From Squalus acanthias (lineage: Eukaryota), in NCBI GenBank assembly GCA_030390025.1, contig CM059425.1, positions 169,448,001 through 169,512,000 of the forward strand: a DNA stretch of 64,000 bases, written 5' to 3'. Position numbers and translations under genes: made by a program. Below are positions 63,706-64,000 of the stretch, one piece after another (the first letter of the stretch is position 1; the number at the start of each line of letters is the position of its first letter). A model generated the notes under the pieces. That model was given only the letters and a program-made list of their open reading frames with translations. It had not been told where the DNA came from and made no database searches.

Positions 63706-64000
63706 AGAAACATAGAAGATAGGAGCAGGAGTAGGCCATTTGGCCCCTCGAGCCTGCTCGGCCATTCAATGCGATCATGGCTGATCATCCAAATTCAGTA
63801 CCCTGTCCCTGCTTTCTCCCCATATCCCTTGATCCCCTTAGCCTTAAGAAATATATCTAACTCCTTCTTGAATATATTTAATGAATTGGACTCAACTGTC
63901 TTCTGTGGTAGAGAATTCCACAGGTTCACCACTCTCTGGGTGAAGAAATTCCTCCTCATCTCAGTCCTAAATGACTTACCCCTTATGCTTAGACTGTGAC
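63706..64000 (-). mobile_element. CR1 3' end, same subfamily as 58071-61746, running off the window
   Basis: Near-identical to the reverse complement of ~61470-61746, including CAGGGTACTGAATTTGGATGATCAGCC. Confidence 0.9.

Overview
Eukaryotic, repeat-dense vertebrate DNA, most likely from a shark or ray (inferred from an HE1-type V-SINE, Deu-domain SINEs and abundant CR1 LINEs). The only host coding sequence I can support is a short terminal exon (23175-23289, +) of a KRTCAP2/KCP2-like gene; its upstream exons are not visible, so 1-23174 is probably one large intron. The rest is a nested TE landscape. It holds two near-complete two-gene PIF/Harbinger transposons (DDE transposase convergent with a 3-exon Myb/SANT gene; the copy at 1-4078 still has an open transposase ORF), two further Harbinger remnants, many Harbinger-type MITEs with 3-bp TSDs, hAT MITEs, CR1 and L2 LINEs, and Penelope-like (PLE) remnants whose termini carry minimal hammerhead-ribozyme motifs. 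The most unusual observations are: (i) MITEs of several families carry clustered, often back-to-back, consensus 5' splice sites, including a perfect 20-bp hairpin with a donor on each strand; (ii) ~100-bp TSD-flanked PLE inserts begin exactly at a hammerhead, and an 87-bp foldback breaks inside one; (iii) the KRTCAP2-like exon has a divergent tail; (iv) a speculative spliced 41-aa membrane micropeptide. All family assignments come from motif recognition; no database search was run.
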